From: Armatimonadota bacterium
GTDB taxonomy: Bacteria; Armatimonadota; HRBIN16
Reading direction: 5' to 3'
Length of the DNA stretch: 64,000 bases
NCBI GenBank assembly: GCA_963677485.1
Contig: OY781964.1
Location: forward strand, 5,056,001-5,120,000
A program made the translations under genes and the position numbers. Each line of letters starts with the position of its first letter. The first letter of the stretch is position 1. Positions 1-8,474 of this stretch are shown piece after piece. Below the pieces are notes generated by a model. It was not told where the DNA came from, searched no databases, and saw nothing but the letters and a program-made list of their open reading frames with translations.

Positions 1-564
1 CCGGTCATCGGCCGTACCGATATGGGTCAGGGCAACCATTATGTCGCACTTTGGCCGGATCACGGGGATCATATCAGCCGCAGTTTCCACAGCAGGTGTC
101 ACCATCCAGGCACTCACAGCCCTCAAAAGAGGATTACGATCCAGCATTTTTTCTGTGATCATCTCCTCCATCAGCCCCATGATACCAAACCGCACACCCA
201 TCCGCTCAAGGACAGTGAAAGGTGCCACCACAGGGTTTGTATTACGTTTAATGGGAAGCACATTGCTGGCCAGAATTGGGAATGAGGCTCCCCTGTGCTT
301 CGCTTGTAACCCGCTACGACTATAGTGAAACTCCCGATTACCGCAGACCATGGCATCATAACCAGCGTGGCTCATTTTGCCGAGGATCGGTTCAGGCAGC
401 ATGTTCCATGTGATGTTACTGGCAGTGATCGCATCCCCTGCGTCAAGAAGTATGAAACCTTCGGGATTCGGGGCTGTTTCACGCGCTTTTTTGATAGCAC
501 GCTGCAGGGCGATCGGAAAATGACCGTGCAAATCGCCGGTCAAGCAGATGCGGATGATTGGCAT
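1..564 (-). CDS. Calcineurin-like metallophosphoesterase (5'-nucleotidase/UshA N-terminal type), partial; runs off the window start
   Basis: Manual translation from ATG at 564: MPIIRICLTGDLHGH...ILLDAGDA...GYDAMVCGNREFHY...FPILASNV, giving the DxH, DxGD and GNxE motifs. Absent from the ORF track because no stop lies in the window. Confidence 0.8.
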   Translation of the reverse strand, partial: MPIIRICLTGDLHGHFPIALQRAIKKARETAPNPEGFILLDAGDAITASNITWNMLPEPILGKMSHAGYDAMVCGNREFHYSRSGLQAKHRGASFPILASNVLPIKRNTNPVVAPFTVLERMGVRFGIMGLMEEMITEKMLDRNPLLRAVSAWMVTPAVETAADMIPVIRPKCDIMVALTHIGTADDR

Positions 565-569
565 ATAGG

Positions 570-1130
570 TTATTGCACCTTAGGGAGGCTGTTTGGATCA
601 TAGGTAAACAGGCGAATGATTTCATCCCAATAGCCGTTGGCTTTGAGAAGAACCTCGGCGATTTCGCGCATCCCGCCGTTGCCGCCTTCGGCTACGGTGA
701 CGTAATCCGCCAAAGCCTTCACCTCAGGTGAGGCATTTGCCACAGTGAATCTGACACCAGCCTCGCGGAAGGCTGACAGATCGTTCAAATCATCGCCTAC
801 ATAGGCTACGGCACCGGCATCTACCCCTAACTCATACATGAGTTGAAGTAATCGAGTGCCCTTATCACCTACCCCCATCAGGCATTGGTCAAAATGGAGG
901 TCGCTGGCTCGGCGAGCGACAGATCCGTCTGAACGGCCGGTCATCACCACTAACTGGTATCCATACCGCTTCAACAGGTTCAGACCAAGCCCATCGCGTA
1001 CGTGGAACGCCTTAATGAACTGGCCGTCCGGTGAATAATAGAGCATGGAGTCAGAGAGAACGCCGTCGACATCCGTGACCAGAACCTTCACGCGCCGCAG
1101 ACGGTCCAAAAGAGCTTGAGTAATAGCCAA
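570..1130 (-). CDS. kdsC: 3-deoxy-D-manno-octulosonate 8-phosphate phosphatase (HAD family)
   Basis: DVDGVLSD, FHVRDGLG and GDDLND motifs; GGNGGMRE; directly downstream of kdsD. Confidence 0.92.
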   Translation of the reverse strand: MAITQALLDRLRRVKVLVTDVDGVLSDSMLYYSPDGQFIKAFHVRDGLGLNLLKRYGYQLVVMTGRSDGSVARRASDLHFDQCLMGVGDKGTRLLQLMYELGVDAGAVAYVGDDLNDLSAFREAGVRFTVANASPEVKALADYVTVAEGGNGGMREIAEVLLKANGYWDEIIRLFTYDPNSLPKVQ

Positions 1131-2105
1131 CTACACGATACCCGTACGAAGAAGGTCTTTTAACATCAACATACCGATCGGTTTGCGCTGGTGATCCAGC
1201 ACTGGTATTTCACCGATCTTTTTCGACAAGGTCTCCATCAGGCTTAGTGCCTCGACTGCCAGAGGATCACCCTCAATCACGGAAGGGTTGACGGTCATCA
1301 CCTGCTCCGCTCTCAGGGTCAGTGTTTTATCATTAGATAGAAGGAATCGTCTGATGTCGCCATCCGTGATCAGTCCCGCCATCTTGCCATCTGTATCTAA
1401 GACACAGGCCGCTCCTGCGTTCGCTTCCGTGATGGCGAAAAGAACATCGCGAACTGGCTGTCCGCACTCCACAACGGCCACGGCATCGCCGGTACGCATC
1501 ACGTCGCTGACATGCAGCAACAGACGCCGTCCCAGACTCCCTGCCGGGTGAAACACCGCAAACTGGCTTTCTGAGAATTCGCGGGCACGCATAATGGAAA
1601 TGCTAAAGGCATCACCCATGACCAGCATCGCTGTGGTGCTGGCGGTGGGAGCGAGATTGAAAGGGCAAGCCTCGCGTGGTACGGAGATATCTAGTATCTC
1701 ATCCGCGGCCAAGGCCAGGGTGGACTCTAGTCGCCCTACCATCGCGATGATCTTGGCACCGATACGCTTAATGGTAGGTAGAATTGCCAATATTTCGTCT
1801 GTTTCACCGCTGGCTGAAAGTATAAATACCACATCATCCTTGGTGACCATACCAAGGTCGCCATGCACCCCTTCTGCAGGATGCAGGTAGAAGCTGGGCG
1901 TTCCGGTGCTGGCAAGGGTGGCGGCTAGTTTGCGAGCGATCGCTCCTGACTTACCCATACCGGTGGTCACCACGCGTGCTGTACAACCTAACGCCATCTT
2001 GACAGCGTGTTCAAACCGGTCGTCTACGCGTGGCAACAATCCATTTATACCCAGAAGCTCAGTTTCGATCACCTCTCGGCCATAGTCGGAAATCTTAGTA
2101 CTCAT
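1131..2105 (-). CDS. kdsD: Arabinose-5-phosphate isomerase (KpsF/GutQ family, SIS + 2 CBS domains)
   Basis: GMGKSG, HPAEGVHGDLG, EACPFNLAPTAST and HPAGSLG motifs; C-terminal CBS pair. Confidence 0.95.
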   Translation of the reverse strand: MSTKISDYGREVIETELLGINGLLPRVDDRFEHAVKMALGCTARVVTTGMGKSGAIARKLAATLASTGTPSFYLHPAEGVHGDLGMVTKDDVVFILSASGETDEILAILPTIKRIGAKIIAMVGRLESTLALAADEILDISVPREACPFNLAPTASTTAMLVMGDAFSISIMRAREFSESQFAVFHPAGSLGRRLLLHVSDVMRTGDAVAVVECGQPVRDVLFAITEANAGAACVLDTDGKMAGLITDGDIRRFLLSNDKTLTLRAEQVMTVNPSVIEGDPLAVEALSLMETLSKKIGEIPVLDHQRKPIGMLMLKDLLRTGIV

Positions 2106-2111
2106 ATTCGG

Positions 2112-2477
2112 TTATACGTTCTCGTCTCTATCAGTGTCACGTTGAGCATCTGTGGATGCGTCAAGACGCGGCAGTGTCTCAAGTGAGTAGTGAAAATGAA
2201 GCATTTCGTCAAGAGAGATCGGCCCCATATTGGCTTTGGTCAGCATCTCTTCAGGGTCCATCTCACGGATTTCGTGGCGTAGAATCTTCTCATCCCATGC
2301 CTCTAGCCGGATGAAGCTTTCGCCCAATCTACGGCACCGACTGCACCGGAAGCGGAGATAAACATACGTGGTATCGACACGGCGGAGCTGCGTCCCTTTA
2401 TGGATGACATCTCCTTCAAATATTCGTTGACCGCAGGAACAGAATACACCAACTTTTACGTCCTGAAAATCTTCCAT
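2112..2477 (-). CDS. Small hypothetical protein with putative Zn ribbon (CSC...CSRC)
   Basis: Likely start MEDFQDV at 2477 behind AGGGG; CxC and CxxC Cys pairs; the track ORF extends to 2624. Confidence 0.6.
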   Translation of the reverse strand: MEDFQDVKVGVFCSCGQRIFEGDVIHKGTQLRRVDTTYVYLRFRCSRCRRLGESFIRLEAWDEKILRHEIREMDPEEMLTKANMGPISLDEMLHFHYSLETLPRLDASTDAQRDTDRDENV

Positions 2478-2639
2478 GGCACCCCTCCCTGCTTCGGTGG
2501 TTGATATCATCAGCGACTCACTGCACCGAATTCTGAAGCATTTCGAGACAAAATCTCCAAATGCCACCATATTGAGTATACAGAATGAGCAACATACCGG
2601 CAAACCGGCAGAGATTGTAAGCACGAAACGAGATTGTAC

Positions 2640-3164
2640 TTAAGGTTGACCTGGCCGATACGGCTTGTTTCGACCCATCTTCTCGTCGCGCGACGTAGGC
2701 ACATAGAGTTCCGGCTCTTGGATGATCCTAAAAGTATATAACTTTCTCAGCCAGTCATCCTTAGTCAAACCGCCTATTACTGTCTTCGTGTTCACATCGA
2801 CGATAAAATAGCCAGGTCGTAATTCACGATTGGTTAATGGGAATTTGTTTTGCTCATCTCGGTATTTTGGATGAGGGCTCACCTTTCCTATGATAGCATT
2901 TGAAAACACACGGTATCCCACTACATTCGGACCGACCGCGAACCTGCCAAAAGGTGGAACCGTCTTAAAATCCATGTTTTGTATCCATACTTCGTCAAAG
3001 TGTTGCATGAGCCGAAATCCGCCAGGTAAATTAAAGCCATATCGATTCATCAGATTCCACATGACCATATAACCCATGAACACCAACATCAGAGCCGAAG
3101 CTGAAGCGACAATGACTGTGAATACCGGTATGCGCCTTCGTTCCTTACTACTTTCTGCCGTCAT
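2640..3164 (-). CDS. Hypothetical protein with N-terminal membrane anchor
   Basis: 174-aa ORF; basic N-terminus followed by one hydrophobic helix; co-oriented with neighbours. Confidence 0.65.
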   Translation of the reverse strand: MTAESSKERRRIPVFTVIVASASALMLVFMGYMVMWNLMNRYGFNLPGGFRLMQHFDEVWIQNMDFKTVPPFGRFAVGPNVVGYRVFSNAIIGKVSPHPKYRDEQNKFPLTNRELRPGYFIVDVNTKTVIGGLTKDDWLRKLYTFRIIQEPELYVPTSRDEKMGRNKPYRPGQP

Positions 3165-3181
3165 GATTTGGGTAAGCCTCC

Positions 3182-5992
3182 TTATGAATACGGCGGTACC
3201 ATCAGCTTGATATAAAGCTGCGTAGAGTCATTATCCATCGATCCGATGGAATCCAAAACAAAATCCACTGCCGATCCGACCCTAATTGCACTCAGCTCAC
3301 AGAGCAACGGATGCGGCTTGTCGTCCTTCGCTTCCAACTCCCATTTGCGAATGCCATCAACGAAGACCGATAACCGCACACCATCACCCAGCCCGTTGTT
3401 CTGCACGGTCCCCTCAACGCGCAGTCTACCCGAGACGGTGCTGACCCATCGCTTGACGGCAGCCTGTTTGTCAGAGGGGTGCACGCTCATAATCGCAGCA
3501 TGGGGATATGGGCTCTCCACACCAGCCACCCACCGACCCGGCTCATACCGACGCATAACCGTAAAGGAATCAGTCCGGTAACGGCCACTTCGGACCTCGC
3601 GGTTTCCGAGCATGCCATACCACCAGCCATTGAGTCCTTGTATGCCATCATGGCTCCACCCGGTGACGAAATCCGCCACACAGTCCCACTGATGCTTCCC
3701 GTCCACGACCACACCGCTTGCCAACGGGCCTGTCTTCACCATAGCACCGGCCTTGTGATCGGGATCATACACCAGGTTGCCTTCTATCCGTGCGTTCTTT
3801 ACGACACCAAGAAAAATCGAGGCATCCGGCAGATCACCGCAGGTCGTGGCAAACGCACTGCCAAACCCCTTCCAGTCAGCCGCATGAAACGGCCGGTCGA
3901 TGATGTTATCCTTGACGATCAGCCCATCCATATTGGTGATGTAGATCGGCACACCTCCGGGGGTTTCGATGTAGTTGCCTTTGAACAGCATGTTGCGTAT
4001 GGGTGTAGAGCGCCGCAGGTAGTTCCCTCCACTTGGCACCATCACGGACATGACGGCACCTTGCAGATAGGCATCGCTGGCAGCGGCTCCGGTAGAGCAC
4101 CCCAACATGCGGTTGTTAATGAACCTGTTGTCGTTCGCAAACTGGCCTTCCGTCATCGGCCCCCAGGTTTCATAGTGAATCTCCAGACCGTGCATCACAT
4201 TCTGAAAAGTGTTGTATTCGACCAGGCCACCAGAGGCACCATTCAGCAAGAACGGCCTGTTGAAGCAGTCATGGAACCAGCAGTTGCGCACCACGAAGCC
4301 CTCGCAGTTCAAGCTGTGGGTGTCGATCAGTGTGCCCACGGGCAGATCGAGGTCGCGGTCCATTGTCACCTCCCAGACCTCGCTGCTGTGGGCGTGTTCC
4401 ATGCGTTTAAGTTCACTCAGCACCTGCTCGCTCTGCACGCTATCTGTCACACGCCGTGTCCGAATGACAGTAGCCGCGCCGAGGTGTTCTACGCTGCGCC
4501 AGTCCCAGAAGTCCATCTTCTTTTTAGTCTTGAATGGGCCATAGGACGCCGCAAAGTAATACTGGTGGGCTGATACCCGCTGAGCGACGATACCGAAGAA
4601 GCCGTGCAGGTTGATGTGGTCATCTGCCAGGTGAGCGACTTCACAGCGGTCGATGGTCGGCCCCTTCTCGGTTGCGGTCATATGAAACCCATCGGCGCCA
4701 AAAGCATGAAGCCGGTTGGTACCGGGGCGTCGGACGCCGTGCAAACGCCGGTACACATTGCCCCCGGCACCCCCACCCTCCATGGCCATCATGCCGCCGC
4801 TGGCATAGATATTGCAGTCTTCATAGACGATGCTTTCGCATTCAATAGTGCGTAATGCGGCTCCGGTGCGGATGGGAGCCGCCAGGTAGTCGCCTACGGA
4901 AACCCCAGGTGCCGGTGTCTCAAACTCAATTCGATTATTATGGCCAATGCGATGCCAGCTCTTGCCCAACAGATAGTTGTTGATGAAGCTGCCGTCTTGA
5001 TGGAAAAAGAGGATGACCCTCTGCCCATTATCTTCAGGTATCCCATCAGCATTACGCGGTTCATGCCCTGGCATGATCTCAGCTGTGACGCGTTCATTTG
5101 GTGCATCAATATGAAGAACGCGTGCTTGGAAAAATGGCAGCGGATCGAAGTCGATGGTCAAGCCACGGAAGGTGAGGTTTTGGCATTTGCGCACCAGTAA
5201 CCCCCAGATCAGTGGAGGTTCCATCCAAAAGGTGGCGCCTGATGCCTCAATCTGCAGATCATGCACGCCTTCAATGATTGGGCAATCGGGGTCCCATCCC
5301 GCTCGATAGCGATAATCGCCAGCAGGTATGTGGAAAGTTTTGATCTTTTGGTCAGAGGCGCGCTTGATCTGCAGCAGAAGTTCTTTGCCAGCTTCACGCT
5401 GCGTTTGCTTCTGCGAATCCGTAAACTGAGGGCCGATCGGTAAGTCGGGACGCCAGGCCGTGCAGGTTTCGGACACTATCTGCAGTTTCCAATCGACTTT
5501 CACGACCGCTTCTTTCGATTCGGACACCGCCACCAGATCAATATCAGCCAATTTCGGTAGATCCACCAGCAGCACATCATAAGCATGTGGGATATAGTCA
5601 TCTTCGGCAAGCGTCCGGCTCCACGCCAGCTGCCCATCACGATAGATGCGGAAACTCACCGCACCCCGAGTGCTTACCGCTTTTGCGAGCCAGCCGACAA
5701 GCCGCACACTGCCAACCCGATCGGCTGTCCATCTGCGCACCGCAGCCAAGCAACCACCGTCTTTCCAGATCGCAGTCTGGCTATCACGTCCCAGTTGGAG
5801 CTGCCGGTATTTCGGCGTCATCCATACATCGGCACGACGGTTCTCAAATGGAGTAAATGGCTCCATCCGCCCATCGTCAGTAATATGCGCCACCCCATAA
5901 TGCCAACCCCGATGGGACTGAACGGCACTGAAGTCAAGCGTCGAATCAGCAATGGCGTCATCAAATCCAACGACACGGTCTCGAAATCGCAT
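3182..5992 (-). CDS. Right-handed parallel beta-helix protein (GH110 alpha-galactosidase-like core) with duplicated flanking domains
   Basis: IPAGDY, NLTFRGLTIDFDPLPFFQARV, GADGFH...GPTIDRC...LADDHINLHG and repeated N-x-F/I beta-helix rungs. Confidence 0.7.
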   Translation of the reverse strand: MRFRDRVVGFDDAIADSTLDFSAVQSHRGWHYGVAHITDDGRMEPFTPFENRRADVWMTPKYRQLQLGRDSQTAIWKDGGCLAAVRRWTADRVGSVRLVGWLAKAVSTRGAVSFRIYRDGQLAWSRTLAEDDYIPHAYDVLLVDLPKLADIDLVAVSESKEAVVKVDWKLQIVSETCTAWRPDLPIGPQFTDSQKQTQREAGKELLLQIKRASDQKIKTFHIPAGDYRYRAGWDPDCPIIEGVHDLQIEASGATFWMEPPLIWGLLVRKCQNLTFRGLTIDFDPLPFFQARVLHIDAPNERVTAEIMPGHEPRNADGIPEDNGQRVILFFHQDGSFINNYLLGKSWHRIGHNNRIEFETPAPGVSVGDYLAAPIRTGAALRTIECESIVYEDCNIYASGGMMAMEGGGAGGNVYRRLHGVRRPGTNRLHAFGADGFHMTATEKGPTIDRCEVAHLADDHINLHGFFGIVAQRVSAHQYYFAASYGPFKTKKKMDFWDWRSVEHLGAATVIRTRRVTDSVQSEQVLSELKRMEHAHSSEVWEVTMDRDLDLPVGTLIDTHSLNCEGFVVRNCWFHDCFNRPFLLNGASGGLVEYNTFQNVMHGLEIHYETWGPMTEGQFANDNRFINNRMLGCSTGAAASDAYLQGAVMSVMVPSGGNYLRRSTPIRNMLFKGNYIETPGGVPIYITNMDGLIVKDNIIDRPFHAADWKGFGSAFATTCGDLPDASIFLGVVKNARIEGNLVYDPDHKAGAMVKTGPLASGVVVDGKHQWDCVADFVTGWSHDGIQGLNGWWYGMLGNREVRSGRYRTDSFTVMRRYEPGRWVAGVESPYPHAAIMSVHPSDKQAAVKRWVSTVSGRLRVEGTVQNNGLGDGVRLSVFVDGIRKWELEAKDDKPHPLLCELSAIRVGSAVDFVLDSIGSMDNDSTQLYIKLMVPPYS

Positions 5993-6038
5993 TTATGTCA
6001 CGCTCGCATTAATTCAAGTTCCAAATCGACTCTATAAC

Positions 6039-6067
6039 ACAAAAGGGCCTCGATTTCTCGAGGCCCT
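6039..6067 (-). terminator. Rho-independent terminator of pfp
   Basis: Minus strand AGGGCCTCGA-GAAA-TCGAGGCCCT followed by TTTGTG, 20 nt after the pfp stop. Confidence 0.8.
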
Positions 6068-6086
6068 ACGGTAACGGCACCAGTGA

Positions 6087-7745
6087 CTACCCGCGCTCAA
6101 GCTGCAGGGTGATCGGGGTGACATCGCACACTTCAGACGGCCCAAAGTACTGGATGGGACCGGGATACACATAGTCATCCTCAACGGCCCACTTTTCGCG
6201 GTTCTGGGCATACATCTTAAATGGCTTGCCATCAAGCTCCACGAGTGCTTTCTTGATGACCGGAACATCCTTGCCCAGTCGGCGTTCGATGTTTAACATA
6301 GAGGTCACAGGGGTTGCCATAGCCACCCACTCAGATGCTGGCTGGTTCAGGTTCTTCACGCTGACCGTGTAGCCTGTGAATCCAGCGCGAACCACCTGCG
6401 CAGCGGTATAACCAAGGCTGTAGCAGTAGTCTGCGTCGAAGTTACTGGGAGCAGCGCATCGGCCTTCGTATCCCACGAAATGGCTCAATGCGGTGAACTT
6501 CGCAGCCGTTTTGCCCTGCTTCTTGGCGGAGGCGATCCGCTGTTTGACCAAGTCAATCAACAACTTTTCTGTCTCCACCTGGCTCAGCGGTGGGTTACCG
6601 TGGCTGTCGATGTTCAGAAGAACCGCTTGTGTGTCTTCTGGCAGCGATGCGTAGGCTTTAGCACTCAGAGCACTGAACATGCTGCTTAGATATTGGGTGC
6701 GCTCTTCGTGAGTATCAAAGCTGCGCACGGTCTCCAGGGTGTCTTTGTCACCCAGCATCGTCGCGAGTTCGTCAATCATGCTCTTCAGTTCAGGGATGAA
6801 CTCCAGCAGCCCTTCAGGGATCAACACGATACCGTAGTTGCGTCCTTTGGCGGCACGAGCTATCACGGTATCCACGATACCATCAGCAACTTCAGCCAGT
6901 GTCATGCCTTTTGACCTGATCTCTTCAGAGATCAAGGTGATGTTGGCATGGGTGGATAGACCGCACTCCAGCGTGACATGGCTGGCTGCCCGGCCCATCA
7001 AACGCACAAAGTGCCAGTATTTGATAGCCGATGTGGCGTCTCGACAAATGTTGCCAATCACTTCAGAATAGGTCTTGCATGCGGTGTCGAAGCCAAAGCT
7101 CATTTCGATCTGCTCGTTGCGCATGTCGCCATCGATGGTCTTGGGCACGCCCACCACACAGCATTTGCTGTCGTTGGATTTGAGGTATTCGGCCAACATG
7201 GCAGCGTTGGTATTGCTGTCATCACCGCCCACCACGACTAGTCCGTTCAGGTCCATAGTGGCCGTATTATCGAGGCATGACTTCAGGTCCTCGGCGCTCT
7301 CGATCTTATCGCGGCCGCTCATGATCATATCGAAGCCGCCCGTGTTGCGGTAGGCATCAATTATTTCTGAGGTGATTTCGACGAAATTACCCTTTACGAT
7401 CCCAATCGGCCCCTTCAGGAAGCCGAACAGCTTGTTGTCGCTGTTAGCGGTTCGCAACGCGTCAAACAGTCCAGCGATCACGTTATGTCCGCCCGGAGCC
7501 TGCCCACCACTCAACACGACGCCCACGCGGATGGCATGGTTTGACAGGTTCGTCTCTCCAGCTTCAAAGGTCAGTATCGGCTGGCCAAAGGTGTTTGGGA
7601 AGAGAGTCTTGATCCTGTCTCGGTCTACGGGGGGTAAGATCACCTCACCCTTCTTGACCAAAAATGATCCATTTTTTAACGACAAAGGCAGCTTGGGCTG
7701 ATAAGCACTTCGCGCCTTCTGTAGCGGAGATATCGCACCAGACAT
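6087..7745 (-). CDS. pfp: Pyrophosphate-dependent phosphofructokinase (long clade)
   Basis: LSGGQAPGGHNV, GGDDSNTNA, PKTIDGD, MGR and GYEGR motifs; 552 aa. Confidence 0.95.
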   Translation of the reverse strand: MSGAISPLQKARSAYQPKLPLSLKNGSFLVKKGEVILPPVDRDRIKTLFPNTFGQPILTFEAGETNLSNHAIRVGVVLSGGQAPGGHNVIAGLFDALRTANSDNKLFGFLKGPIGIVKGNFVEITSEIIDAYRNTGGFDMIMSGRDKIESAEDLKSCLDNTATMDLNGLVVVGGDDSNTNAAMLAEYLKSNDSKCCVVGVPKTIDGDMRNEQIEMSFGFDTACKTYSEVIGNICRDATSAIKYWHFVRLMGRAASHVTLECGLSTHANITLISEEIRSKGMTLAEVADGIVDTVIARAAKGRNYGIVLIPEGLLEFIPELKSMIDELATMLGDKDTLETVRSFDTHEERTQYLSSMFSALSAKAYASLPEDTQAVLLNIDSHGNPPLSQVETEKLLIDLVKQRIASAKKQGKTAAKFTALSHFVGYEGRCAAPSNFDADYCYSLGYTAAQVVRAGFTGYTVSVKNLNQPASEWVAMATPVTSMLNIERRLGKDVPVIKKALVELDGKPFKMYAQNREKWAVEDDYVYPGPIQYFGPSEVCDVTPITLQLERG

Positions 7746-7862
7746 ATTTGGGTAACTCCTGAGTATTCTCTATGTATATGAGCAGCGCCAAGCCATCAAT
7801 ATGTGACAGGCTCGGTACTGATCTATGTTATTTTACTAAAATCCGGTCATAGACCGCTGAAC

Positions 7863-8435
7863 CTATTCGTCATCGGTAAACTTGACGGCCTCAAGTGCGC
7901 GCTTGAACTCGACGACACACTGAGAACCCATTGCCACAAGCCTGATATCCGTCAAGCAAGTCTCGGGATACCAAAAAAGATGATCGGATATGGCATCTAC
8001 GATGACGGATGTGCATCTTGCGACAGGAAATCCAAACAAGCCAGCACTAACCGCAGGAATGGACAGACTCGTATACTCCGCCTCTTCAGCCAGCTTCAAA
8101 GCGGCTTGGATTGCACTGCATAGCAGGTCGTCTGCATCTTCAGGGTCGTAGTGACCAAATATTGGGCCGACGGCGTGTATAACGGCTTTGAATTTTAAGT
8201 CGCCAGCCGCTGTCATTACAGCGGACCCGGTGGCGACTCTCTTAATCTTCTTGCATTCTTCGTACATAGAAGGGCCAGCGGCATCAGCGATCTGTTTGGC
8301 GACGCCTCCGCCGTGGGTCAAGTTTTCATTCGCCGCGTTGATAATGGCTTCGGTCTGCTCATCGAGAATGTTGCCTTCAACAACCGAAACCACATGGGTT
8401 TCGTCAAACTGCTTCTGGGTGATCAGCTTGTTCAT
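7863..8435 (-). CDS. Macro domain protein (MacroD-type ADP-ribose binding/hydrolase)
   Basis: GNI, INAAN...HGGGVA, VIHAVGP and PAVSAGLFGFP motifs. Confidence 0.9.
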   Translation of the reverse strand: MNKLITQKQFDETHVVSVVEGNILDEQTEAIINAANENLTHGGGVAKQIADAAGPSMYEECKKIKRVATGSAVMTAAGDLKFKAVIHAVGPIFGHYDPEDADDLLCSAIQAALKLAEEAEYTSLSIPAVSAGLFGFPVARCTSVIVDAISDHLFWYPETCLTDIRLVAMGSQCVVEFKRALEAVKFTDDE

Positions 8436-8474
8436 CAGGAATCCTGGGTTACCTCACTAATAGATTGAACTGAA

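Noticed and set aside
3479-4573. 364-aa plus-strand ORF and other long antisense ORFs in the track
   Set aside because: They are shadows of well-supported opposite-strand genes and have no recognisable motifs.
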